Below, piece by piece: positions 28,991 through 39,921 of a stretch of 64,000 nucleotides of DNA (position 1 is the first letter of the stretch; every line of letters begins with the position of its first letter). Position numbers and translations under genes: made by a program. Origin of the DNA: an uncultured bacterium (lineage in GTDB: Bacteria; Pseudomonadota; Gammaproteobacteria; Burkholderiales; SG8-39); the NCBI GenBank assembly GCA_965233165.1, contig CBDDRX010000102.1, forward strand, positions 8,776-72,775. The letters run 5' to 3'. Below the pieces are notes generated by a model. The model was not told the DNA's origin. It searched no databases and was given only the letters and a program-made list of their open reading frames with translations.

Positions 28991-30231
28991 ACTCCACCTC
29001 CGTCTATCCAAGAGGCATTCTGCAGGCGCTGCTGGAGGCCCTGGGGGACACCCCGGTGGTGGCGCTGCTGGGCCCCCGCCAGTCGGGAAAGAGCACGCTG
29101 GTGCAGTCGCTGACGCCTGCCCGAACGTACGTCACGCTCGACGACGACCAAACCCTGCACGCCGCGCAGGATGACCCCACGTCATTTATCGCCGGTCTGT
29201 CGGGGCGGGTCACGATCGACGAGGTTCAGCGCGCGCCGGGATTGATACTGGCTATCAAGGCGGCCGTGGACAGGGATCGAAAGCCGGGACGGGTTCTGCT
29301 GACAGGCTCGGCAGACCTGTTGCTCCTTCCTAAGGTCGGGGATTCGCTGGCCGGACGGATCGAGTTCGTCCACCTGCATCCGCTGGCCGAGTCTGAAAAG
29401 GAGCGCAAGCCCGGCGGGTTGTTAAGGGCGTTTCTGGACGGAAAGCTCGCGACTCGAATCCGGGCTACGGCAACGCCGCCCCTCCAGGAAATCGGCGAGC
29501 GCGTGGTACGTGGGGGCTACCCCGCAGCCCTGGAGCGCTCGGCTGAACGAGCACGCCAGTGGCACCGTCAGTATGTGCGCTCCGTGCTCGAGAGGGATGT
29601 GGCGGATGTGGCACGCGTGCGGGGCACCGCGGAGTTGCAGAAGCTCGTCGAGCTCCTCGCCTTGCGAACGGCCAACCTGCTGAACGTTTCCGCCTTCAGC
29701 ACCGAGATCGGCATCAGGCGCGAAACCGTGGAGCAGTATTTGTTGGTCCTCGAACGTCTGTTCCTTTTGCGCCGCGTGCCGGCCTGGCACCGGAATCAGT
29801 CGAAGCGGCTGGTCAAGACACCGAAGATGCATCTCGCGGACAGCGGGCTGAGCGCGACACTGGCGGGGCTCGACGCATCGGATTGGACAGGCCATCGGGA
29901 TCGGTTCGGTCACCTGTTGGAGACGTTTGTCGTCCAACAGTTCTTCGCTCAAGCCGGTTGGACGGACCCGGACCTGCGCTTCTGGCACTATCGCGACAAG
30001 GATCAGGTCGAGGTGGATCTGGTGATCACGCGGGGCCGTAAGACTTGGGGAGTGGAGGTGAAGGCGGCCGCTTCGGTTACGGCCTCCGACGGTCGGGGCT
30101 TGCGCCGGCTGGCCGACCAGTGCGGCAAGGACTTCCAAGGGGGGATGGTTCTGTACGCAGGCCTCAATACGGTCACGGTTGGCGACCCAAGCATCCTTGC
30201 GGTGCCGCTCACGGAGCTTTGGGAACGCTAG
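28984..30231 (+). CDS. AAA_14/DUF4143-type ATP-binding protein with C-terminal PD-(D/E)XK-like domain
   Basis: GPRQSGKST, IDEVQR, LTGS, SLAGR, GGYP, KTPKMHLADSG, YRDKDQVEVDLV...VEVK. Confidence 0.9.
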   Translation: MADSTSVYPRGILQALLEALGDTPVVALLGPRQSGKSTLVQSLTPARTYVTLDDDQTLHAAQDDPTSFIAGLSGRVTIDEVQRAPGLILAIKAAVDRDRKPGRVLLTGSADLLLLPKVGDSLAGRIEFVHLHPLAESEKERKPGGLLRAFLDGKLATRIRATATPPLQEIGERVVRGGYPAALERSAERARQWHRQYVRSVLERDVADVARVRGTAELQKLVELLALRTANLLNVSAFSTEIGIRRETVEQYLLVLERLFLLRRVPAWHRNQSKRLVKTPKMHLADSGLSATLAGLDASDWTGHRDRFGHLLETFVVQQFFAQAGWTDPDLRFWHYRDKDQVEVDLVITRGRKTWGVEVKAAASVTASDGRGLRRLADQCGKDFQGGMVLYAGLNTVTVGDPSILAVPLTELWER

Positions 30232-30260
30232 ATCGTCCATGCCGGACTGGAGTTACTGAT

Positions 30261-30815
30261 ATGAGCCTGGACAACGTCACGCCGGGTCGCGACGTGCCGC
30301 GGGACATCAACGTGGTCATCGAGATCCCGATGAACGCCGAGCCGGTGAAGTACGAGGTGGACAAGGCGACCGGCGCCATCTTCGTGGATCGCGTGCTGAG
30401 CACCTCCATGCGCTACCCGTGCAACTACGGCTACGTGCCGAAGACGCTATCGGGCGACGGCGACCCGGTGGACGTCCTCGTGGTGATGCCGCTGCCGCTC
30501 GTGCCCGGCTGCGTCATCCGCTGCCGGCCGATCGGCATGCTGGCGATGGACGACGAGGCGGGCGTCGACACCAAGGTGATCGCCGTGCCGGTCGACAAGG
30601 TGTTTCCGACCTACCGCAAGGTGAAGGCGGTGAGCGCGCTCCCCGAGCTCACGCGCGGGCGCATCGCGCACTTCTTCGAGCACTACAAGGACCTGGAGAA
30701 GGGCAAGTGGGTCAAGGTGCGCGGCTGGAAGGACGCGAAAGCCGCGCAGAAGGAGATCGTGGACGGCGTGCGCCGCTTCAGCCGGACGCCCGCGAAGGAT
30801 CGCCCGAAGTTCTAG
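30261..30815 (+). CDS. ppa: Inorganic pyrophosphatase
   Basis: VKYEVDK, YPCNYGY, DGDPVDVLV, HFFEHYKDLE. Confidence 0.96.
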   Translation: MSLDNVTPGRDVPRDINVVIEIPMNAEPVKYEVDKATGAIFVDRVLSTSMRYPCNYGYVPKTLSGDGDPVDVLVVMPLPLVPGCVIRCRPIGMLAMDDEAGVDTKVIAVPVDKVFPTYRKVKAVSALPELTRGRIAHFFEHYKDLEKGKWVKVRGWKDAKAAQKEIVDGVRRFSRTPAKDRPKF

Positions 30816-31542
30816 CCCAGTAGGCGAAGGTGCCGCGCACGATCGCGGGCTGCAGCAGGAACGCGCGCGCTTCCTCGGCGAGCGCGGGGGCCACTTCCCT
30901 GACTCCGCCGGCCGCCATGGCGCGCAACTGCATGCGCGCCGCGCGCTCGAAGAATACCGCGAGGTAGGTCGCTTCCTCCACGCTCGCGCCCGCGGCAAGC
31001 AGGCCGTGGTTCGCGAGCAGGATCGTCTTCGCCTCGCCGAGCGCGCCTGAGATGATGCGCCCTTCGTCGTCCGCCACCGGCACGCCGGGCCATTCCGGCA
31101 GGTGCGCGGTGCCATGGAGCATCGCCGAATCCATATGAATGGTCTTCAGGGCCTTGCCGGTGCTGGCAAGCGCTGAAGCGTGCGGAGCGTGCGTATGAAT
31201 AACGGCTTGGACATCGGGGCGCTTCCGATAGATCCAGATGTGGAAGCGCACTCCCGGGTTCGGCCGGCCGCCGCGCAAGGGCTGGAGATCCTCGTCGACG
31301 AGCACCATGCGCTCGGCGGTCGCCTCGTCGAAGCCGTAGCCGAACTGCAGCGTCCACCATGTGCCCGGCTTCGGGCCGCGCGCGGTGACCTGGCCGGCGA
31401 GGCCCGACTCGTGCCCCTCCTTCGCGAGGATGCGGCAGGCGGCGGCGAGCGCCTCTTCCGGGGGATGCTGCAGGAGCGGGAGGTCCTGGTCCATCTCGCG
31501 GCTCACCCGGTCGAGGAAATGCTGCTTCCCCAGCTCGTTCAT
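30778..31542 (-). CDS. Class II aldolase/adducin family protein
   Basis: GLAGQVTAR, FHIWIYRKRPDV..VIHTH, LLANHG. Confidence 0.88.
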   Translation of the reverse strand: MNELGKQHFLDRVSREMDQDLPLLQHPPEEALAAACRILAKEGHESGLAGQVTARGPKPGTWWTLQFGYGFDEATAERMVLVDEDLQPLRGGRPNPGVRFHIWIYRKRPDVQAVIHTHAPHASALASTGKALKTIHMDSAMLHGTAHLPEWPGVPVADDEGRIISGALGEAKTILLANHGLLAAGASVEEATYLAVFFERAARMQLRAMAAGGVREVAPALAEEARAFLLQPAIVRGTFAYWARTSGDPSRASG

Positions 31543-32963
31543 CGCATCAGCCCGGGGAGGAAGAGGGAGATCGCAGGGAAGGCGATCAGGAGGGCGAGGC
31601 GGACGCAATCGGCGGCGATGAAGGGCAGGACCCCGTAGAAGATGGTGCGGGTCTGGACCTGGGGCAGCAGCGTGTTCAGCACGAACAGGTTCATGCCGAC
31701 CGGCGGGCTGATGAGGCCGATCTCGACCACCACGACGATCAGCACGCCGAACCAGATCGGGTCCACGCCCAGGCTGACGACGAGCGGGAAGAACACCGGC
31801 ACCGTGAGGAGGATCATCGAGAGCTCCTCCATCGCCGTGCCGAGCAGCACGTAGATGGCCATGATGACGCCGACGACGACGACCGGGCTGACGCCGAGCT
31901 CCTTGACGAAGTCCTTGAGGTCCGAGGGCATCGAGGTGATGTTCACGAACTCGGCGAACATCAGCGCGCCGATGAGGATGAGGAACAGCATCGCCGTCGT
32001 ACGCGCGCTCTCGACCAGCGCCTGGTAGAGCCCTTTCAGGGTGAGCGAACGGCGCGCGATGGCGAAGACCATCGCGCCGAACGCGCCGACGCCCGCGCCT
32101 TCCACCGCGGTGAAGACCCCGCCGTAGATGCCGCCCATCACCAGGACGAAGAGCGCGATCACGCTCGTGATGCCCTTGTAGACGAGCGACAGGCCGAAGA
32201 CCGCGAGCGCGCCCAGGACCGCCGCGTCGTCGGACTTCGCCCAGCCGAACTGCACGCTGCCGACGATGGCGACCCCGACCGCGGCGAACCAGCCGACGCC
32301 TTCGAGCGTGGCGAAGCGCTCCTTCCAGGTCAGGCGCTCTCCGCGCGGCCCGGCCTTGGGATCTCGCCAGGTGATGTAGTACACGGCAAGGCAGAGGAGC
32401 AGCACCGCGAGGATGCCCGGGAGGATCCCGGCGGCGAACAGCTTGCCGATGCTGGTGCCGGTCATGATCCCGTAGATCACCATGATGGTGGAGGGCGGGA
32501 TCAGGATGCCGAGCGTGCCGCCGGAGGCGATGGCGCCGGTGGCGAGGGCGTCGGAATAGCCGAACCTCTTCATCTGCGGGTAGGCCACCTTGGCGAACGT
32601 CGCCGCGGTGGCGATCGACGAGCCGCAGATCGCGCCGAAGCCGCCGCAGCCGACGATGGTCGCCATGGCGAGGCCGCCGCGCAGGTGGCCGATGAACGCG
32701 TAGGCGGTCTTGAACAGCTCCTGCGACATGCCGGCGCGCGTGACGAAATTGCCCATCAGGATGAACAGCGGGATGACCGAGAGGGTGTAGTTGCGCCCGG
32801 TTTCGTAGACCTTGGTCTGCACGGTGGCGAAGGCCGCGTTCCAGCTCCAGTCGCGCATGTACGCGTAGCCGACGATGCCGACCACCGCCATCGCGAATGC
32901 GATCGGCAGGCGCAGGAAGGCGAGCACCAGCATCGCGCCCAGGCCGACGAGGGATTCGGTCAT
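31539..32963 (-). CDS. TRAP transporter large permease (DctM)
   Basis: IPLFILMG, RGGLA, GGTLGILIPPS, ISPPVGMNLFV. Confidence 0.93.
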   Translation of the reverse strand: MTESLVGLGAMLVLAFLRLPIAFAMAVVGIVGYAYMRDWSWNAAFATVQTKVYETGRNYTLSVIPLFILMGNFVTRAGMSQELFKTAYAFIGHLRGGLAMATIVGCGGFGAICGSSIATAATFAKVAYPQMKRFGYSDALATGAIASGGTLGILIPPSTIMVIYGIMTGTSIGKLFAAGILPGILAVLLLCLAVYYITWRDPKAGPRGERLTWKERFATLEGVGWFAAVGVAIVGSVQFGWAKSDDAAVLGALAVFGLSLVYKGITSVIALFVLVMGGIYGGVFTAVEGAGVGAFGAMVFAIARRSLTLKGLYQALVESARTTAMLFLILIGALMFAEFVNITSMPSDLKDFVKELGVSPVVVVGVIMAIYVLLGTAMEELSMILLTVPVFFPLVVSLGVDPIWFGVLIVVVVEIGLISPPVGMNLFVLNTLLPQVQTRTIFYGVLPFIAADCVRLALLIAFPAISLFLPGLMR

Positions 32964-32967
32964 CGCC

Positions 32968-33468
32968 TCAGGCCGTGCCCTGCGGGCCGCGGCGGGCGAG
33001 CGGGGAGAAGATCTTGACCACGTGGATGGCGCCGGTCAGCGCGGTCATCGCGGCCATGAAGTACACGAAGGGGCCGATGGCGATGCGCAGGACGTCGGTC
33101 GTGTCGCCGTAGCCGGCGATCTTTCCGGCCTTGATCCACACCTGCCAGGTGAGGAAGGCCATGAGTGCGGCGCAGATGCCGTGCATGATGCGCATCCACA
33201 GGTCGGCCACGCGCTGCGGCAGGATCCGGTCGATGAAGTCCATGGTGACGTGCTCGTCGGCATGCGAGACGAGCGGCACGCCGGCGAAGATCAGCACGAG
33301 GAGCAGCAGCTCGGTCACCTCGAACCCGCCGCGGATGGGCCGGTTGAGGAGGTAGCGCGCCACTACGTCGACGAACGTCAGCAGCATCATGCCGAGCAGC
33401 AGGATCGACGCGGCCACCCCGAGGACGGCGTCGGCCTGCCTTTCCCACTTGTGTTCGGGCGCGTTCAC
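32968..33468 (-). CDS. TRAP transporter small permease (DctQ)
   Basis: DVVARY...PIRG..EVTE, HVTMD; four TMs. Confidence 0.9.
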   Translation of the reverse strand: MNAPEHKWERQADAVLGVAASILLLGMMLLTFVDVVARYLLNRPIRGGFEVTELLLLVLIFAGVPLVSHADEHVTMDFIDRILPQRVADLWMRIMHGICAALMAFLTWQVWIKAGKIAGYGDTTDVLRIAIGPFVYFMAAMTALTGAIHVVKIFSPLARRGPQGTA

Positions 33469-33502
33469 AAAATAAAAGGGCGCGGTCGGAACCGCGCCCT
33501 TA
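33469..33502 (-). terminator. Stem-loop between dctP and dctQ
   Basis: AAGGGCGCGG-tcggaa-CCGCGCCCTT with a T tract on the minus strand. Confidence 0.65.
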
Positions 33503-33521
33503 TCTTAGTGTATTTGCTGCG

Positions 33522-34550
33522 CTACTTCCCGGCCGCCACCTTCTTCAGCTCGGCGCGGAACTCGGCCAGGATCGCCCGTGCGTTGACCCCCTTTGCGCTC
33601 GCGGCCTTGATCCACTCCTCGATGATCGGGCCGGCCCGCTTCTGCGCCTCGGCGCGCATCGCGGCATTCGCGTTCACCACGTTCGCCCCGGCGGCCTTGA
33701 GAGCGCTCAGGCCGACCTGGTCGGCCTTGTCCCACGACTGGCCGTTGCTGCGCGCGGCGTACTCGCCGGCGTGCTTCTCGATGATCGCCTGGTCCTGCTT
33801 GGGGATCTTGTTCCACTTGTCCTCGTTCATGAAGAAGCCGAACGACGAGCTGTAGAGGCCGCCCGGGAAGACCGTGGCCTGGCCGATCAGCTTGTCGAGC
33901 TTGAACGAGACGATGGACTCGAACGGGAAGAACACGCCGTCGGCGACGCCCGAGTTGAGCAGCTCGTAGGATTCCGGGGCCGGCTTGACGAAGGCGGACG
34001 CGCCGAGCGCGTTGGCCGTCTTCTCGGCGATGCCGCCGCCGGTGCGGATCTTCAGGTTCTGGAAGTCCGACATCGCCTTGACCGGCTTCTTGGTGAACAT
34101 CTGGCCCGGGCCGTGCGTCCAGACCGCGAGCAGCTTCACGCCCTTGTACTCGCCCATCTTGTGGAAGTGCTTCCAGTGGATGCGCGAATAGGCGACCGAG
34201 TTGACCTCTGCCGTGTCGCCGGCGCCGGGCAGCTCTGCCATCAGGGGGAAAATGTGCCGCGCCGGCGTGTAGCTCGCCGTCACGTAGGACAGGTCGACCA
34301 GGCCGTCGCGCACCGCGTCGAAGGTTCCGGGCGGCGCGGCGGGCGCCTTGGGCAGCGACTGGAACTTGACGCGGCCGTTCGTGGCTTTTTCCACGTCGGC
34401 AGCCCAGTTCTGCTGCCACAGGGTCAGGTGGTGCGTCGGCGGGACCCACGACGAGAACGTGAGCGGGGCCTGCGCCTGCGCCGGGAGCGCCGCGACGAGC
34501 GCGGCGAGCGCGCCGATCAGCGCGGCATTGCGTTTCGGGAATGAAATCAT
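33522..34550 (-). CDS. TRAP transporter substrate-binding protein (DctP)
   Basis: Signal peptide, LKIRTGG, YELLNSGVADG, MNEDKWNKIP; GGAGG RBS. Confidence 0.92.
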   Translation of the reverse strand: MISFPKRNAALIGALAALVAALPAQAQAPLTFSSWVPPTHHLTLWQQNWAADVEKATNGRVKFQSLPKAPAAPPGTFDAVRDGLVDLSYVTASYTPARHIFPLMAELPGAGDTAEVNSVAYSRIHWKHFHKMGEYKGVKLLAVWTHGPGQMFTKKPVKAMSDFQNLKIRTGGGIAEKTANALGASAFVKPAPESYELLNSGVADGVFFPFESIVSFKLDKLIGQATVFPGGLYSSSFGFFMNEDKWNKIPKQDQAIIEKHAGEYAARSNGQSWDKADQVGLSALKAAGANVVNANAAMRAEAQKRAGPIIEEWIKAASAKGVNARAILAEFRAELKKVAAGK

Positions 34551-34662
34551 GAACTCCTCCTCTGAACCTCTAGTGTACAGCCTTCGATCCGTCGAATGTT
34601 TGCGCCGCCGCGCGTTGAACTTCGATCGGGCTTTCGCTACGATTTGCGCCGGAGGGGCGCGC

Positions 34663-34953
34663 ATGCCATCGGTGGTCACCAAGTCCGACCTCGTGCAGGT
34701 CGCGGCGAAAGCCGGCAATGTCAGCAAGGCGGCGGCGGGCGAGGCGGTCAACGCGCTGTTCGACGCCATCGTCCAGAACGTCGCGAAGGGCAACCGCGTG
34801 ACCGTGGTGGGCTTCGGCACGTTCCTGCCGCGCAAGCGCAAGGCGCGCGCCGGGCGCAGCCCGCTCAACGGCAAGGAGATCAGGATCCACGCCAAGACGC
34901 TCCCCGCGTTCGCCGCGGGGCAGGGCTTCAGGGAAGCGGTCGACAAGAAGTAA
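34663..34953 (+). CDS. HU/IHF family DNA-binding protein
   Basis: TKSDLV, VGFGTF, R.AR.GRSP.NG..I.I, PAF.AG..FREAV. Confidence 0.9.
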   Translation: MPSVVTKSDLVQVAAKAGNVSKAAAGEAVNALFDAIVQNVAKGNRVTVVGFGTFLPRKRKARAGRSPLNGKEIRIHAKTLPAFAAGQGFREAVDKK

Positions 34954-35043
34954 GCTTCAGGTTCGGCGCGCAGTTCCTTGTTTTTTCCGGGGATTGCCAA
35001 GCCCGGGGAGGATAGGCAGAATCGCGTAGCACGATTTTTGCCT

Positions 35044-35622
35044 ATGGACCGCCCGCTCATTCTTTCCCTCGACGCCCACGGTGTTCCGCACCGGTGGATC
35101 AGCTGGCAGCAGGCCTGCTTCTACTACGCGAAAAACCTCGTCGCGTGGACGCTCGGCGACGAGACCTTCACCTACTACGGCGGGATCTCGCGCGTCACCG
35201 GCGAGCGCTCGAGCATCACCGCGCACTCGATCATCGCGATCAAGGGCAAGGCGCTCGCGGCGAAGGGCTTCAACCAGGTGCCGCCGCTCAACAACCGGGA
35301 GCTGTTCCGCCGCGACCGGCACATGTGCGGCTACTGCGGCGGGGAGTTCAACTACTTCCGGCTGACGCGCGACCACATCACGCCGCTTTCCCGCGGCGGC
35401 CGCGACACCTGGATGAACGTCGTGACCGCGTGCCGCCACTGCAACGGGCACAAGCGCAACCGCCTGCCCGAGGAGTCCGGCATGCAGCTCCTCTACGCTC
35501 CGTACGTGCCGAACAAGGCCGAGTACCTGATCCTCACGAACCGGCGCATCCTCTCCGACCAGATGGAGTTCCTGAAGCAGCACGTCGCGTCCCACTCGCG
35601 CCTGGTCCTGTCGCCTGCCTGA
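35044..35622 (+). CDS. HNH endonuclease
   Basis: LFRRDRHMCGYCG, TRDHITPLSRGG, NVVTACRHCN. Confidence 0.92.
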   Translation: MDRPLILSLDAHGVPHRWISWQQACFYYAKNLVAWTLGDETFTYYGGISRVTGERSSITAHSIIAIKGKALAAKGFNQVPPLNNRELFRRDRHMCGYCGGEFNYFRLTRDHITPLSRGGRDTWMNVVTACRHCNGHKRNRLPEESGMQLLYAPYVPNKAEYLILTNRRILSDQMEFLKQHVASHSRLVLSPA

Positions 35623-36622
35623 TTTTTGGCGCAATAGCGGTTTCCGTCTGCTTGAGCGGGACCCGGCCGGGCGGCTGAAGGTCACCGACGACTTCCTGCG
35701 CGCGTACTACCTCCGCCCGGAGGTGCATCCGGTGGAGGAGTCGAACGACGCCGAGCACGCGCTGCACGCCTCCCTGATGGCCGATCCGCGGCGTGGCGTT
35801 CCCGAGCAGGAGCTTCTCCAGGTGAAGGACGAGGACGCGATCCACAACTACCGGGTCGTGCTGCGGTTCCGGGACCGGCTCGTCGAGGCCGGAACCGTGG
35901 AAGGCTGCTACATGGGCCTGTTCAAGGGGCCGGTCGACATCCCGCCGATGTTCATCGAGCAGCTCGTTCACGTCATCCTGCGCAACATCCTCGACGGCTG
36001 CGACGATCCGCTGCGCCTGCGCGCCGCGGAGCTGTTCTTCCGCGAGCAGAAGGCGACCATCCAGGACGGGCACGTCCTGCTCGCGGATGCGGAGACCGTC
36101 GAGATGCACGCTTCCGGAAACAAGTTCGGCAGCATCGGCCGGCTGATCGTCGAGGCGCAGGGCGACCTCGCCAAGGTGGACCTCGACGTCCTCGACCGCG
36201 CGAACGCCGCCCTCTACTGGGAGCGCGAGTCGCGCCACGACACGGTGATCAGCCTCACCTACGGCCGGCCCGCGCTGGACGCCTTCTGCCGCGTGATCGA
36301 GGCCTGGGTTCGCCATTTCCGCGCCCTCGGCGTGAAGGCGCAGCCCCTGCGGCAGATCGACGAGCATCCCTGGGCGTGGCACGCCGGCCTGGATGCCGAG
36401 GCGACGGGAATCCTGAACGACCTGTGGGCGGGAACGCAGGTGGAGCAGGGGCGCATGCGCAGGATCCTGTCGCTCTTCGCGATGCGCTTCGACGACCCGG
36501 CCGCGATGCGCCAGGACATCGCCGGGCGCAACGTCTACCTCGCGCTCGCCGCGGACGAGGAGGGCGTCGTGAAGATGAAGCCGCAGAACCTGCTGCTCAA
36601 TCTTCCGCTGAATGAAGCCTGA
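35615..36622 (+). CDS. DUF6352-like protein, probable CTG start
   Basis: In-frame PDFWRNSGFRLL...VTDDFLRAYYLRPE upstream of the first GTG; PPMFIEQLVHVILRN, RAAELFFREQ, KPQNLLLNLP. Confidence 0.7.
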   Translation: MPDFWRNSGFRLLERDPAGRLKVTDDFLRAYYLRPEVHPVEESNDAEHALHASLMADPRRGVPEQELLQVKDEDAIHNYRVVLRFRDRLVEAGTVEGCYMGLFKGPVDIPPMFIEQLVHVILRNILDGCDDPLRLRAAELFFREQKATIQDGHVLLADAETVEMHASGNKFGSIGRLIVEAQGDLAKVDLDVLDRANAALYWERESRHDTVISLTYGRPALDAFCRVIEAWVRHFRALGVKAQPLRQIDEHPWAWHAGLDAEATGILNDLWAGTQVEQGRMRRILSLFAMRFDDPAAMRQDIAGRNVYLALAADEEGVVKMKPQNLLLNLPLNEA

Positions 36623-37229
36623 ATACTGGGATCGCGCCCGGCGCGCGCTGGGCCGCCGGGATCCCGTCCTGCGCGCCGTGATCAAGGCGCACCCGGGCGT
36701 CTACATGCAGCCGCGCGGCGAGCCCTTCTTCACGCTCGCGCGCGCGATCGTCGGCCAGCAGATCTCGGTGAAGGCGGCGCAGAGCGTCTGGAACCGCTTC
36801 GAGGCCTGCGTCGGCAAGGTGACGCCGGCGAACGTACTGGAGCAGAAGCGGCCCGCGCTGCGCGCCTGCGGCTTCTCGGATCGCAAGGTGGAGTACGTCG
36901 CCGACCTCGCGCAGCACTTCGTGGACGGCCGAATCCACGTCCACAAGTGGCCGGAGATGGACGACGAGGCGATCATCGGCGAGCTCACCGAGGTGCGCGG
37001 CATCGGCCGCTGGACCGCCGAGATGTTCCTGATGTTCAACCTGCTGCGCCCGGACGTCTTTCCCCTCGACGACCTGGGGCTGCAGAAGGGAATCCGCGTC
37101 GCCTACTACAAAGGGCGCAAGGTCTCGCTGCGCACCATGCGGCGGCACGGGGAAGGCTGGCGGCCCTGGCGGTCCGTGGCCACCTGGTACCTGTGGCGCT
37201 CGCTGGACCCGGTCCCGGTCGAATACTAG
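36612..37229 (+). CDS. DNA-3-methyladenine glycosylase (HhH-GPD, AlkA-like)
   Basis: AIVGQQIS.KAA, VRGIGRWTAEMFL, DDLGL, WRPWRSVATWYLW. Confidence 0.92.
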   Translation: MKPEYWDRARRALGRRDPVLRAVIKAHPGVYMQPRGEPFFTLARAIVGQQISVKAAQSVWNRFEACVGKVTPANVLEQKRPALRACGFSDRKVEYVADLAQHFVDGRIHVHKWPEMDDEAIIGELTEVRGIGRWTAEMFLMFNLLRPDVFPLDDLGLQKGIRVAYYKGRKVSLRTMRRHGEGWRPWRSVATWYLWRSLDPVPVEY

Positions 37230-37253
37230 GGCAGGGGTAGAATCGCCCCCCGA

Positions 37254-38222
<969 letters not shown>

Positions 38223-39495
38223 TCCGGCCGGCGCCGCAGGCGCCTTCCTGGCGGGCGTTCCCCTCGCGAAGAAGCGCGTTGCCGTCGGGCTCTCGGGCGG
38301 CGTGGATTCGGTCGTCCTGCTCCACGTCCTCGCCGCGCTGCGCAAGCAGCACGCCTTTTCTCTTTCCGCCGTTCACGTGCATCACGGGCTGAGCGCGAAT
38401 GCCGGCCGCTGGTCCCGCTTCTGTGCCGCTCTGTGCAAATCCCTCCGTGTCCCTCTGCGCGTGAAGCGAGTGCGCGTTACAAGGACGGGAGAAGGATTGG
38501 AGGCCGCCGCCCGCAAGGCAAGGTACGACGCGTTCCGGGCGATCAAGGCGGATGCGCTGGCGCTCGCCCACCACCTGGACGACCAGGCGGAGACGGTGCT
38601 CTTCAACCTCCTGCGCGGCGCCGGCCGGCGCGGCGTGAGCGGGATGCCGCAGCGGGCGCGCCTCGACGGCAAGCTGCTGCTGCGCCCGCTGCTGGAGGTG
38701 CCGCGCGCGGCGATCGAGGCTTACGCCCGCGCCGAGGGCCTGCGCTGGGTCGAGGACGAGAGCAATGCCGACGAGTCGCTGACCCGCAACTTCCTGCGCC
38801 GCAAGGTGGCGCCGCTTCTTGAGACGCGCTTCCCCCGCTGGCGGGAGGGCGTGGCGCGTGCCGCCCGCCATGCGGCGCGCGGCGAGGCGGATGCCGCGGA
38901 TCTCCTGCGCGCGTACCTGCGCGGGCAAGGGATGCGCGCGCCGAGCGAGGCACGCCTCGGGGAGATGCTGAAGCAGCTCTGCTCCGGAAGCAGCCGTGCC
39001 GCGATCCGCCACGACGGAAAGGTGCTGCGTGCGTATCGCGGTCGCTTGTCCGTCGAGGAGGCGGGCGAGCCCGCCACGTTCGAAGCGCGCCCCTGGAGCG
39101 GCGAGCGGCGCGTCGACCTTCCGGTGCTCGGCGGCGCTGTCACATTCCGCCGCGGCGCGCCGGGCCTGGACGCCAGATTGCTGAAGCAGAAGCCTTTTTC
39201 GATCCGGGTGCGCAGCGGCGGCGAGCGCCTGCAGCCCGACGCGAAGCGCCCGCGCCGCACGTTGAAGAATCTCTTCCAGGAGGCAGGCGTTCCGCCGCAC
39301 GAACGAGACCGCCTGCCGCTTCTTTTCTGCGGCGACGAGCTGGTCTGGGTCGCTCGCCTGGGCATCGATGCGCGCTACCAAACCCGCCGCGGCACGGTCC
39401 CCGAATGGCGATCTAAGGCCTTGTTTTTACGTAAGTCAACACGCGCCCGTGGTAAACTCGCGGGCTAATTTTCCAGCGCTTACGGAGATTCTTTA

Positions 39496-39921
39496 ATGGC
39501 AGTAGAGAGGACCCTTTCGATCATCAAGCCCGATGCAGTGAAGAAGAATGCGATCGGGCAGATCCTGGCGCGGTTCGAGGCGGCGGGCCTGCGCGTCGCG
39601 GCGGCGCGCATGATGCACCTTTCGCACCAGCAGGCGGAGGGCTTCTACGCGGTGCACCGCGAGCGGCCGTTCTTCCGCGACCTGGTCGACTTCATGATCT
39701 CCGGGCCGGTGCTCGTGCAGGTGCTGGAAGGCGAAGGCGCGATCGCGAAGAACCGCGAGCTGATGGGCGCCACCGACCCGAAGAAGGCGGCGAAGGGGAC
39801 GATCCGCGCCGATTTCGCCGATTCGATCGACGCGAACGCGGTGCACGGATCCGACGGACCCGACACGGCCCGGCAGGAGATCGGCTACTTCTTCCCGGCG
39901 TTCGAGGTGTTCTCCCGTTGA
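39496..39921 (+). CDS. ndk: Nucleoside diphosphate kinase
   Basis: [19 protein letters not shown]. Confidence 0.98.
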   Translation: MAVERTLSIIKPDAVKKNAIGQILARFEAAGLRVAAARMMHLSHQQAEGFYAVHRERPFFRDLVDFMISGPVLVQVLEGEGAIAKNRELMGATDPKKAAKGTIRADFADSIDANAVHGSDGPDTARQEIGYFFPAFEVFSR

